Shown: positions 32,433-32,767 of the stretch, in pieces
Layout: each line of letters begins with the position of its first letter
Position numbering within the stretch: the stretch's first letter is position 1
Origin: Octopus bimaculoides
Taxonomy: Eukaryota
Assembly (NCBI RefSeq): GCF_001194135.2
Contig: NC_068981.1
Span: 71,860,701-71,893,467 of the forward strand
Length of the DNA: 32,767 nucleotides
Reading direction: 5' to 3'
Program-made: the position numbers and the translations under genes
Notes under the pieces: generated by a model
Told to the model about the DNA's origin: nothing
What the model saw: only the letters and a program-made list of their open reading frames with translations
Databases searched by the model: none

Positions 32433-32767
32433 CAGGGTGAAAAACTAGAGGTAGTCGATAGCTTCCGCTATCTGGGCGACCAAGTTAGTAGTGGGGGTGG
32501 GTGCGCTGAAAGTGTAGCTGCTAGAATAAGAATAGCCTGGGCAAAGTTTAGAGAGCTCTTACCCCTGCTGGCGACAAAGGGACTCTCACTCAGAGTAAAA
32601 GTCAGACTGTATGACGCATGCGTACGAACAACCATGCTACATGGCAGTGAAACATGGGCTGTAACTGCTGAGGACATACGTAAGCTCGCAAGGAATGAAG
32701 CCAGTATGCTCCGTTGGATGTGTAATGTCAATGTGAATACCCGTCAGAGTGTAAGTATCTTGAGAGA
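32433..32767 (+). mobile_element. young 5'-truncated RTE-clade LINE (ORF region just C-terminal to RT), runs off the window
   Basis: 111 uninterrupted codons: QGEKLEVVDSFRYLGDQVSSGGGCAESVAARIRIAWAKFRELLPLLATKGLSLRVKVRLYDACVRTTMLHGSETWAVTAEDIRKLARNEASMLRWMCNVNVNTRQSVSILR. The F.YLG, RI..AW..F, Y...V...MLHGSETW and MLRWM motifs are typical of RTE. Confidence 0.92.

Overview
AT-rich, repeat-dense eukaryotic DNA with four assembly gaps (4368-4754, 9924-9933, 28054-28063, 30407-30416). The SINE families, RTE LINE pieces and (CA)n/(TA)n/(TATG)n microsatellite load look like an octopus genome; this is inferred from recall, not from a search. No complete host gene is visible, and most ORF-track entries are microsatellite, gap or transposon artefacts. 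The window is a layered collection of mobile elements. DNA transposons: a full-length but dead DD41D (rosa/Visitor) Tc1/mariner, two DD34D-type mariner derivatives, a truncated hAT-Charlie/Buster transposase copy, and hAT, piggyBac, Helentron-like and foldback MITEs. Retroelements: three tRNA-SINE families, an (ATG)n-tailed retroposon family, four LINE fragments (two RTE, two Jockey/I/CR1-type) and a Penelope-like GIY-YIG relic. The most striking object is a very young 577-bp element at 11430-12006. It has a perfect 8-bp TSD, perfect 37-bp TIRs, a perfect 72-bp inner inverted repeat and a divergent (CCCTAA)n-(TTAGGG)n telomeric core. Also notable are hammerhead-shaped motifs downstream of the Penelope-like relic and in both arms of a foldback MITE, and a tentative three-exon minus-strand host gene fragment.
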